Below are positions 8,113 to 16,600 of a stretch of 41,881 nucleotides of DNA, piece after piece (the stretch's first letter is position 1; the number at the start of each line of letters is the position of its first letter). The DNA is taken from positions 1 through 41,881 of IMG/VR virus record IMGVR_UViG_3300037760_000326; one strand, 5' to 3'. A model generated the notes under the pieces. It searched no databases. It worked only from the letters and a program-made list of their open reading frames with translations, and had not been told where the DNA came from. This stretch comes from a virus (Duplodnaviria; Caudoviricetes). A program made the position numbers and the translations under genes.

Positions 8113-8148
8113 GACAGCGCAAGGGCCCTCACGCGAGGGCGCGCAGTC
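8113..8148. terminator. GC-rich stem-loop at the end of the late operon
   Basis: GCCCTC-ACGC-GAGGGC core extendable by GCGC/GCGC and GAC/GTC. No clear U-tract. Confidence 0.35.
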
Positions 8149-8163
8149 ACCCCTCGACGGCCT

Positions 8164-8346
8164 CTATCGGACCAGCGCGCGCAGCTCGTCCAGGACCTCA
8201 GCCATCGTGGCCCTGGCCGACTGCACCGCCATCAGCGCGCGGGCCACGTCCGGGTCTCCGACGGTGACACCGTCAAGCAGGCGCATCGCCACGGTCAGAT
8301 CGCGCCGGCTGCGCTCCAGCGCGGCGATCGCCTGGCGGACCGTCAC
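8164..8346 (-). CDS. Small helical hypothetical protein
   Basis: GTGA-coupled, last gene of the coupled late chain. Confidence 0.55.
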   Translation of the reverse strand: MTVRQAIAALERSRRDLTVAMRLLDGVTVGDPDVARALMAVQSARATMAEVLDELRALVR

Positions 8347-8528
8347 CCCAGGCTCTCCAGGTCTATCTCCGGCGCGTCGGCCATGTAGGCGACGCTCACG
8401 CGGCTCACGCCGTGGACCTCAGCGTGGATGCTGAAGCTGGCGACGTGCCCGGCCCGCCACGCCTCGGTGAGCAGCTCGAGGGCAAGGGCGACGGCCTCGC
8501 GGCTGGTCAGTCGTACGGGCGGAGTCAT
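8343..8528 (-). CDS. Hypothetical protein (61 aa)
   Basis: ATGA-coupled start, MTPPVRLTSRE... Confidence 0.55.
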   Translation of the reverse strand: MTPPVRLTSREAVALALELLTEAWRAGHVASFSIHAEVHGVSRVSVAYMADAPEIDLESLG

Positions 8529-8848
8529 CGTCCCAGGAGCCATGCGGTGAAGGCGACGGAGAGGGCGAACACCGCGGCCGACACGTAGACGGCGCGCAGC
8601 AGCCGGCGGATCGCGCGCTCGAAGTCGGGCCGGGTGAGCAGCTCCACGCGGGTGGCTCCGGTCTGCCAGGGCTGGTCGTCGTGCAGGTCGTCGTGGTCGG
8701 GCGGGCGGACGGTGCGCTCGGCGATCTGGATCGTCGGCTCCGGCCGGGTGAGCGCTGGCATGGCGACCGTTTCGCGCGGCCCGGCGGAGAAGATGTCCGG
8801 CAGGACATGCATCCGCGTCGTGGCCCGATCGTCGTCGTCCATGGTCAT
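8525..8848 (-). CDS. C-terminally anchored membrane protein with repeated Thr motifs
   Basis: ATG at 8848 overlaps the upstream stop. Acidic disordered N-terminus, C-terminal TM helix. Confidence 0.6.
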   Translation of the reverse strand: MTMDDDDRATTRMHVLPDIFSAGPRETVAMPALTRPEPTIQIAERTVRPPDHDDLHDDQPWQTGATRVELLTRPDFERAIRRLLRAVYVSAAVFALSVAFTAWLLGR

Positions 8849-9162
8849 CGGCCAAGGGTCATCCCCAGCAGGAAGGCGCCAGCGATCGCTCCGCCGACGC
8901 CCGCCCACTTCACCGCGGTGTACCACCCCGGCGCCGGAGCGTTCTTCTTGGCCGCCCGTTCGACGTCGGCCTGGCAGCGGAGCAGGAGCTGGCGGGTCGG
9001 CTCGGCGGTGGCGGCCTCTGCCATGATCAGCTCCAACGTCTCGCGTTTGACGTAGAGATGTTCTCCGGCTTGCGATTGCGGTCCTGCGACCGCGGGCGCC
9101 GGTGGGTCGGCGTGCGCCGGCGCGGCGAGGGCCAGGAGTGCGGCCACGAGCAGCGCCCTCAT
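8845..9162 (-). CDS. Signal-peptide, coiled-coil, C-terminal TM protein (spanin-like)
   Basis: MRALLVAALLALAAPAHA signal and C-terminal hydrophobic helix, in the lysis position. Confidence 0.55.
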   Translation of the reverse strand: MRALLVAALLALAAPAHADPPAPAVAGPQSQAGEHLYVKRETLELIMAEAATAEPTRQLLLRCQADVERAAKKNAPAPGWYTAVKWAGVGGAIAGAFLLGMTLGR

Positions 9163-9431
9163 CGGTTGCTCCTCCGTTCCATGTCCTTGCGGATGCGCTC
9201 GGCCAGCGCGTCGGCCTCGGCCACGATCTCGTCGTTGCTGAGGTGCTTCGTCTTGGCCAGGTGCGCATCGCGCAGCGCGTTGGCCTGCACGTCGAGCGTC
9301 TTCGAGCGCTCCACGGCCAGGTCGGCCTCGGCGTCTCGCGCGCGCCCGCCCGCGCGGTGGACCAGGTACCCGACCAGGGCCACGGCTGCGAGGATGCTGC
9401 CCCCGAGGATGGCTGCTGCGGTCCAGGTCAC
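9159..9431 (-). CDS. i-spanin (Rz)-like protein
   Basis: N-terminal TM followed by coiled coil, directly after the holin candidate, GTGA coupling. Confidence 0.55.
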   Translation of the reverse strand: MTWTAAAILGGSILAAVALVGYLVHRAGGRARDAEADLAVERSKTLDVQANALRDAHLAKTKHLSNDEIVAEADALAERIRKDMERRSNR

Positions 9432-9853
9432 CGAGTAGCCCCGAGCTTGACGTCGATGTACTCGCGGAGCTTGGCCTCGGCCTTCTTGTCGAGCTTCATC
9501 TCGACGGCACGATCGCGCGCGAAGTCGAGCGCGAGGTCGAGCTTCTTGTTGCTGGACATCTTCTGGCCCGCGTCCTTGGCCCAGCGGTGGGCCTTCTCCT
9601 CGGCCAGGCTCACGGCCGACTCGCCCAGCGACAGCAGGAGCACCTCGGTGTCGATGCCGGTCTTGGTCTTCATCCAGCCCGCGGCTCTGCGAGCGGTCCA
9701 GCCGACGGCGCCGAGCGCGACGATGACGGCCATCATCACGAGCCACTGCAGGATCTCGACGCCAGCCGGCGTCTCGGGCTCGACCTGGGCCAGCGCGATG
9801 GACGGCACGAGCATCAGGACGAGCAGGATCAGGGCGGTTGCGATTCGGTTCAT
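9428..9853 (-). CDS. Holin candidate (LL-H-like C-terminus)
   Basis: Two hydrophobic segments then AVSLAEE...KKLDLA...YIDVKL pattern. GAGGAG SD. Confidence 0.6.
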   Translation of the reverse strand: MNRIATALILLVLMLVPSIALAQVEPETPAGVEILQWLVMMAVIVALGAVGWTARRAAGWMKTKTGIDTEVLLLSLGESAVSLAEEKAHRWAKDAGQKMSSNKKLDLALDFARDRAVEMKLDKKAEAKLREYIDVKLGATR

Positions 9854-9863
9854 GTCTCTCTCC

Positions 9864-10385
9864 TCACTTCACCGCCGGTGGGGCGGCGTCTGTTGCTGCG
9901 GCGGCGGCGGCCGGCGTCGCCGGTAGCGGCTTGGCGACCTCGGGGGCCACCGGATCCGGCGGCGGGGCGGTTGGCCTGGCGCGCCGGCCGGCCCGCTGCT
10001 CGCGCCGCGCGCGCTGGGCGGCCAGCTCGGCCTTGATGGCGTTGACGTCCTTGCGAAGCTGGACCACCTCCTCGGACGTTGGATCGAGCTTGGTTTTCGT
10101 CGCAGCATAGCCGGCGCCGGCGACGACCTTGGCCTCGACCGCCTCCTGCTTCGTCTCCTTCACCTCCTGCTTTGTCTCCGCGACGCCCTGCTTCGCCTGG
10201 CTCACGCCGGCGCGCAGCTGGCAGCTCTGCACGAGCGCCGGGATGGCGACTCCGAGCGCGGTGAGCAGGCTGGCGGCGGCCATGTAAAGGTGCTTCTTCG
10301 CCGACGTGGTCTCCTGGGTGAACCGGCGGGCGCGCGGCTCGGGCGCGGCCAGGTCGGGGCTCGTGTCGTTCCCGTGGTCTCTCAT
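9864..10385 (-). CDS. Single-TM coiled-coil protein with Pro/Ala tail
   Basis: ATG at 10385 overlaps the stop of the upstream gene. TM YMAAASLLTALGVAIPALV. Confidence 0.65.
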   Translation of the reverse strand: MRDHGNDTSPDLAAPEPRARRFTQETTSAKKHLYMAAASLLTALGVAIPALVQSCQLRAGVSQAKQGVAETKQEVKETKQEAVEAKVVAGAGYAATKTKLDPTSEEVVQLRKDVNAIKAELAAQRARREQRAGRRARPTAPPPDPVAPEVAKPLPATPAAAAAATDAAPPAVK

Positions 10386-12523
10386 GGTGCAACCTCGATG
10401 GACAGCTGCGCCGCGTCGGCGCTGCCCCAACTCGCGTCACAGCCGGTCTCGTCGTTGGCCCAGGCCACCTCGATCGAGCCCGATCCGTTCGCGAACGCGC
10501 TCTCGGCCAGCTCGGCGAACTGCGCATCAGGGGTGACCGCGGTGGCGCTGTTGACCGATTGTCCGACGATGCAGACATGCGCGCTGTTGGCGCTGTCCAG
10601 CGCGGCGAGCGCCGTCGGGGCCGTGGTGCCGGCCGCCACCGTGGCGATGTCGGTCTGCAGGCTCGGGTCGGCCGGGTCTCCACCGGCGCACTCGACGATG
10701 GCCCATCCCCAGCTGGCCAGGTTGCCACCCGCCCCGAAGTCGAACGTCACCGCCTCCGTGGTTGGCGACGCGGCTACGCCCTCCCAGACGGTGAGTCGGC
10801 GGTACGTGCTCACGGTCGTGAAAGCCTGGTCGGCCAGCTGGGTGAGGGACAGCCCCGCGCCGGTCACGGTCGAGGGCGCGCGCTGGTTGGCCACCGAGCT
10901 GGTCGTCACGATGGCGGCGAACACCGGCCGGTTCGCTCCTGGCGTGACGGCTGCCGTGGCGATGCTGGTCGCGTCTGTCGTTGAGCTTCCCGACGTGAGC
11001 AGCGAGCACGAGACGGGGGAGCCGCCTCCGTCGTCGGGCGGCGCGTCATCGCTGCCATCGTCTGGCGGGGCGTCGTCGCCGCCGTCGTCGCCGGCCCCCG
11101 GGTCGGCCGGGGCGAGCGGATTCTCGAACCAGATGACCCCGAGGCCCGGCCCGGTGCCGGCGGGGACGTGCTGCTCGCTCACCACCACGTCGAGGTCGAG
11201 GTCGCCGTCGACGTCGAACAGGACGATGTTGTCCATCTTTGTGTCGCTGTCGACGTCGAGGATGCCGGCGATGGTGCCGCGCTCGAGCGTTGGAGTGAGC
11301 GCAGCGCCGGTCTTCTTCAGCCATACCACCGACTCGAGGTTCGTCGCGTTGAAGTAGGAGAAGAGGACGTCAATCTGCCCGTCCTTGTCGAGGTCGGCGG
11401 CGCTGGCCATCTGGCACTGCCCCACGCCGGTCGGCTGCGGGACCGCGACCTCCGTCCAGCTCAGACCGCCGCCGCCGTTGATGAGGATGGCGCCCTCGTT
11501 GACCGAGCCGTCCCCGTTGCTGTGACAGTCGACCACGTCAAGGTCGCCGTCTCCATCCCAGTCGACCAGGTCGAACCACTTGTGATCGGCCTCCGGTCCC
11601 ACGATCTGATGCTCGGTGTATGCGGGCGGGTCGGCACCGTCGGACTCGAGCCAGCGCACGCCGCGCTTGGTGCCGTCGGCCGACGGGGTGAGGATCTGCG
11701 TACGGTCGCTGTACACGATGTCGAGGTTGCCGTCCCCGTCGAAGTCGAGGACGTACATCTGCATCACCCAGCCGACCGGGATGATGCTCGTGTAGTTCCA
11801 GCTCGAGCCGGTGCGCGGCGTGGCGCTCGAGTAGTACCCCAGGCTCGACGCGACGCCGTTGGCGTCCTTGCCGCCGATGATGAGCTCGGGGGCGGCGTCG
11901 CCGGCGATGTCGGCGCACTGCGCGCGCATCGAGCGGTTGGCCGAGCTGGCATCCAGCGTGACCCTGGTCCAGTTGGACGCCACGAGCAGATCCGCGCGCG
12001 TGTTGGGCGGGCTGGGCGCGAACATCACCTCGACGCGGAAGGTCCCCGTCTCCGATGCGGAGACGACGTCCATCGCGCCGTCCTGGTCGACGTCGCAGGC
12101 GATGGCGTCCTCGACGGAGCCGATCTGGACGGTCGGCAGCATGACCGAGGGCCAGGGCGACGTGACCGACGCCAGGCCGGGGTGGAAGCTCACCGACACC
12201 CGCAGGCCCTGCTCGTGGCCGCTCACGATATCGAGCAGCCCGTCGCCGTCCATGTCCGCGGCGTACACGCCGTCGGATCCGTCGGGGTTCCCGGAGCCTC
12301 CGACTCCGGCGAGGATGGTGTGCATGGTCCACGAGGTGAGCAGGTCGATCACGAGCGGACCCTGCGGCGGCGGCGCACCCACGCCCTCGGGCTGAGGGCC
12401 AGCGCGGAACAGCCACGTGAAGATCACGCCAGCGGTGACGGCGGTGACGACAACGCCTGCGCCGACGCCGCGCTTGCGCATCAGCTGCTCGAGGCGGCGC
12501 TTGGTGGGGCGGATCCGGCGCAT
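10382..12523 (-). CDS. Membrane-anchored FG-GAP/VCBS-repeat beta-propeller protein with C-terminal beta domain
   Basis: Seven DxDxDGxxD-type repeats (e.g. DMDGDGLLD, DFDGDGNLD, DWDGDGDLD, DLDKDGQID). Basic N-terminus plus TM, acidic DDAPPDD linker. TGATG coupling gives the start at 12523. Confidence 0.85.
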   Translation of the reverse strand: MRRIRPTKRRLEQLMRKRGVGAGVVVTAVTAGVIFTWLFRAGPQPEGVGAPPPQGPLVIDLLTSWTMHTILAGVGGSGNPDGSDGVYAADMDGDGLLDIVSGHEQGLRVSVSFHPGLASVTSPWPSVMLPTVQIGSVEDAIACDVDQDGAMDVVSASETGTFRVEVMFAPSPPNTRADLLVASNWTRVTLDASSANRSMRAQCADIAGDAAPELIIGGKDANGVASSLGYYSSATPRTGSSWNYTSIIPVGWVMQMYVLDFDGDGNLDIVYSDRTQILTPSADGTKRGVRWLESDGADPPAYTEHQIVGPEADHKWFDLVDWDGDGDLDVVDCHSNGDGSVNEGAILINGGGGLSWTEVAVPQPTGVGQCQMASAADLDKDGQIDVLFSYFNATNLESVVWLKKTGAALTPTLERGTIAGILDVDSDTKMDNIVLFDVDGDLDLDVVVSEQHVPAGTGPGLGVIWFENPLAPADPGAGDDGGDDAPPDDGSDDAPPDDGGGSPVSCSLLTSGSSTTDATSIATAAVTPGANRPVFAAIVTTSSVANQRAPSTVTGAGLSLTQLADQAFTTVSTYRRLTVWEGVAASPTTEAVTFDFGAGGNLASWGWAIVECAGGDPADPSLQTDIATVAAGTTAPTALAALDSANSAHVCIVGQSVNSATAVTPDAQFAELAESAFANGSGSIEVAWANDETGCDASWGSADAAQLSIEVAP

Positions 12524-13293
12524 CACCAGCCCATGTCTGTGAGGGTTGACGGCACAGCGATCGCCTCGGCGTCGGCGCCGAGCCAGACCGCGGCGAGACC
12601 AAACAGGCACACGGCGGATGTCGCGCCGCTGTTGCCCAGGCACTTGCGCGTGCCCGCGGTGTACGCGCTCTCATCGTGCGTGCCCGTGGTGTGGTCGCCG
12701 GGCAGGATCAGGCCAGAGACGTCGGTGGTCGCGTTGCGGTACCAGATGCCGGCGAGCACGGTGGCGAGGCTCGGCGCCGTGGCCGCGTTGGTCGCGGCGG
12801 CGTTGTGGGTGTGCTGGTAGAGGGTCGCGGTGCAGCGCAGGTTGTTGACGCCGGCCTGGCTCACCTGGGCGATGAGTCGGTTGCCCGTCGAGGCGGGCGC
12901 GGCGGCGAACAGGTAGAACCATGCGACCGACTGGCCGGCGGCGGCGTCGAGGGAGGCGTCCAGCGTCTCCCAGCGCGCCGAGGCGGTCTCGGCCGAGAAC
13001 CCGACGAACCTGCGCGCCCAGCCGGCGATGACCTGCTCATAGACGAGGTTGGAGCCCTGAGCGATCAGGCTCAGCGCTCCCACGGCGGGCGCCAGGTTCC
13101 CGCTGGCGTCCTGGCAGTTCCACTGCTCGAGCGGGGCGGGCTTGCCGAGCGCGATCCAGTCGGCGGCCGACACCGGCACGATCACGTTGCCTGGGCCGTC
13201 TCGCGTGAACGAGTCCGGTGGCGCTCCGCCGCCGCCGACGTTGACGCCCTGGCGGACGCCGACGCTCACCCCTACTGATAGACCGGATCGCAT
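12523..13293 (-). CDS. Concanavalin A/LamG-like virion (receptor-binding) protein
   Basis: GxxxG N-terminal motif, WNCQDASGNL and beta-rich body typical of LamG-like phage proteins. Late operon. Confidence 0.55.
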   Translation of the reverse strand: MRSGLSVGVSVGVRQGVNVGGGGAPPDSFTRDGPGNVIVPVSAADWIALGKPAPLEQWNCQDASGNLAPAVGALSLIAQGSNLVYEQVIAGWARRFVGFSAETASARWETLDASLDAAAGQSVAWFYLFAAAPASTGNRLIAQVSQAGVNNLRCTATLYQHTHNAAATNAATAPSLATVLAGIWYRNATTDVSGLILPGDHTTGTHDESAYTAGTRKCLGNSGATSAVCLFGLAAVWLGADAEAIAVPSTLTDMGW

Positions 13294-13661
13294 CAGGCGC
13301 CGCTCTTGCCCCAGACTTCCATGCCGCCCGCGCCGGCCGAGGTCACGAACTTGAGTCGCACCTCGTCGGCCTGGACGTCGTTGATGTGCACCATGGCCTT
13401 TCCGGCCGCGCCGCCGGTGGCCGCGATGACGACCGCGGTCTCTTCCACCCAGTCGTCATCGACGGCGTCATTGCGCCGGTTGGCGGGCCTGTTGGTGCTC
13501 CACGCGGTGATCGCGGTGGCCGGGGTGCCGTCCCACTCGAGGTGGAACGAGCAGCCGCCACCGGCACCGGTGTGGATCGGCTGGGTGTACTGCGTGCCGG
13601 CCAGGGCCGTGGGCGCCTGGGTCGATCCGAAGACGAGGCTGGGATGGGAAACGCGCGACAT
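13293..13661 (-). CDS. Small beta-rich structural protein
   Basis: GAGGTG SD, VRLKFVTSAGAGGMEVW C-terminus, coupled to the next gene. Confidence 0.6.
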   Translation of the reverse strand: MSRVSHPSLVFGSTQAPTALAGTQYTQPIHTGAGGGCSFHLEWDGTPATAITAWSTNRPANRRNDAVDDDWVEETAVVIAATGGAAGKAMVHINDVQADEVRLKFVTSAGAGGMEVWGKSGA

Positions 13662-13664
13662 GGG

Positions 13665-16600
13665 TCACCTCATGGCTCGGCGCATGGGGCCGAGCTCGTC
13701 CTGCTGGCTGAGCTTGAGCTGCGGACCGCCGCCGCCGGCTGGCGGGGCCGCCTGCGCCGCCATCACGTACTCCTGCTGGCGCGCGGCGCGGTACTCGGGG
13801 GTCATGGTGCCGTCGAGGGCGACGTCGAAGACGAGCGCGAGGTTGCCCTTGCGCTCGTACGGGATCGGCTTGGAGCTGGTGGCCACCTGCTCGATCAGCT
13901 CCTCCTGGATCTGCTGGTAGAAGCGCGGGAAGACCTCGCGCAGCGCCTTGGCCGCGATGGGGCTCACCGCGCCGACCATCAGGTCGTCGAGCACGGACAG
14001 CGGCTCGGTCACGGCCCACAACGCGTCGGCGAAGCGGCGCAGCTCCGCGATCGGGTACTGGTAGGGGGTCGGCTTGAGCATGGGCGGCCGCGGATCCTGG
14101 GGCATGACGCCGAGCAGGAAGTCGAAGCGGCGATACATGGCCTCGGCGATCGCATTGGCCAGGGCGGGCGGCGCCGGCACCGACGCAGCGATCTCGCGCT
14201 TGGTGGCCTCCGGATCTGCGGTGGCGCGCAGGATCTCCTCCTGGCGCTTCTCGAACAGCTTCTGCGGGTCCTTCTTTGCCGGCTTGACGTCGCGGTCCGT
14301 GGCGGGCCTGGCGGGCGCCTTGGCGGGCGCATCGTCCTCGACCGGGTCCCACAGCGGGCGCGAGAGCGTGCTGGTGAGCGGCGCGGCGGAGCGACGCACG
14401 ACCGGCGCGCCCTTCTCGGCGCCACGAACCAGGAGCTGCACCGCCTGGGCGGCGCGGTCCTGCGTGCTGGCCGCGGTGCGGGCGATGTTGGCGACCGGGC
14501 CGCCGACGCGGATCCCGAGCTTCCCGAGCGCGCCGGCCACAGCGCGATACTTCAGGTAGACGCTGAGCAGCGGCCCCACCACGGGGATGTCGTTGGCGTT
14601 CGGCAGGCCGCCCACGCCGGCGAGAAGGTCGAGCACCGCGATCCCCTCGCCTGCGCCGGCGCGCCGCCGGCCGGCCGCCGGAGCTGGCGCGGGCGCACCC
14701 GGAGCCGGGCCGATGGCGCCCGCGATGGACTCCTCGTCGAGGGTGCGCAGGGTGTCGTCGAGCGAGGCCTTGGCCTCCGCCTGGCGCAGCGCCGCGCCCG
14801 TGACGATGTCGTCCTGCAGGGCGATGGCGTCGTCCATGCCCTTGATGGCGTCGTCGAGGGACATGCCGGCGACGTCGTCGAGGTAGGGCCGGATGGCCTG
14901 GGCCAGGTCGTACTGCGCCTGCTCGGCCGCGCGCACGGTCTCGAGACCGGCCTGAAATTCGGTGGACGGCGCATCCGCCATGGCGGGGCGCGGCTCTGGC
15001 TCGGGCATCAGACGAGCCCGGACGTTTCGCTCTCCGCCGGTCGTCGTGACGTCAAGGACCTCGATCCGGGCGTTGCGCGGCAGGAGGACCTCGGCCTCGT
15101 GGGTGCGGGCGGCGCCGGGCCGGCCGATGATCTGCGATGCGTGGGCGGCCTTGCTGCCCTTGGGGACCTCGATCCTGAACAGCGTCGCGCCCGGGTGGTC
15201 CTTGGACGCCCAGTTGCGGGCGAAGTCCTCGCTGATCGAGGTGGACAGGTACGCCTTGTCCTGCAGGACCGAGCCGGGGGCGAGGGTCGCCAGCTGGCCC
15301 TCGCGGTCGGTGACGCCGCGGAACACCGTCATGTCGTCCTGCACAACGGACCTTCCGATCAGCGCGTCGAGTTGCTCGACGGTCTCGCCGATGGTTCGGC
15401 CCTCCGCGGACACGGTGAAGGACGGGTCCGAGAGGGGGGTCCCCTCCGGCGCACCGCGCAGGTACGTGTTGACGGAGGCGTATTCGGGACCGGTGTAGTC
15501 CATCACCGCGGTGCGCTCGGCCTGGGTTACGTCGCCGTGCTGGATCGGAGACCCCTTCGGCGCCGCGCGGCGCACCGCGTACGACTCGGACAGGGCCTTG
15601 CCCTCCGGCGTCTGCGTCCGGCTCGGCACGATCTTCTTGCCCGTGAGCGCCTCGGCCTTCTCATACATGCGGGTCGCCAGGCCCTGGCGCTGGAAGTTGG
15701 GCTGCACCTGGACGTTGTGCGGGTACAGCTCGCCGTCGCGGAGGCGGAACTCGGCGTTGCCGACAACGACCTCCTCGCCATCGCCCAGGGTGCGCTTCAG
15801 CTCGACGTGCAGCCGCTCGGTGGTGCCGACCGCCTCGGTGCGGGTCTCCATGCGGAGCTGCTTGCCGCCGATTTCGATCACGTCATCGCCCGGGGCCGCG
15901 CCCGCGCCGGCCTGCGGAAACATCGGCGCATCGCCCGGGAAGAGCGGATCCGTCCCGGCTTCTGTCCCCTCTGATCCGCGACTGAACCGCACCTCGACGT
16001 CATCGCCGCGCTCGGCGGCGACGCGGAGCCTGTGGCGGCCGTCGTTCACGAACAGCTTGCCGCTGGGGGTGATGGAGATGTCCACCGGGTCGAGCTTCAC
16101 GCCCTCGTCGAGTCCACGGCGAATGTTCTCCATGCGCCCCGGGATGACGCCCTCGATGGCGATGAGGTTCGGCTTCAGCTCCTCGATCGGCACTGTCCTG
16201 GTGACGAACCACTCGTCGGCCTCTCCGGGTGGCAGGCTCTCGTAGGTCGGCATCTTCGTCGGCGCCGGGGCGCGCTCCGGCGCGGTGAACCCGGCCGAGC
16301 GCAGATCGTCGAGGTGCTCCTCCTGGAAGCGGCGCGCGCCGGCCTGCTTGTCGGCCCAGTCGCGCATCGTGGGCGAGGACTCGGCGGCGCGGTCGCGCAG
16401 CGCGCGCAGCTCCGGCTCCAGCGCCGGGTTCAGCGACATCATCTCATCGGCCTGGCGCACCAGGTCATCGGTCGCCGCGGCGACGCGGGCGGTCTGGTTC
16501 AAAAGCTCGCCCTTGGCGGCCTTCTCCGCCGCCGGGGTGCGCAGCTTCGCCGGGATCAGCTCCTCGATGAGGTAGCCGGCGTCCTCGCGGCCGCTCTTGA

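Noticed and set aside
15980-16212. ParABS plasmid-prophage partition system
   Set aside because: The ParB-like domain is embedded in a virion protein without an evident HTH, there is no ParA, and the phage has an integrase and attP.
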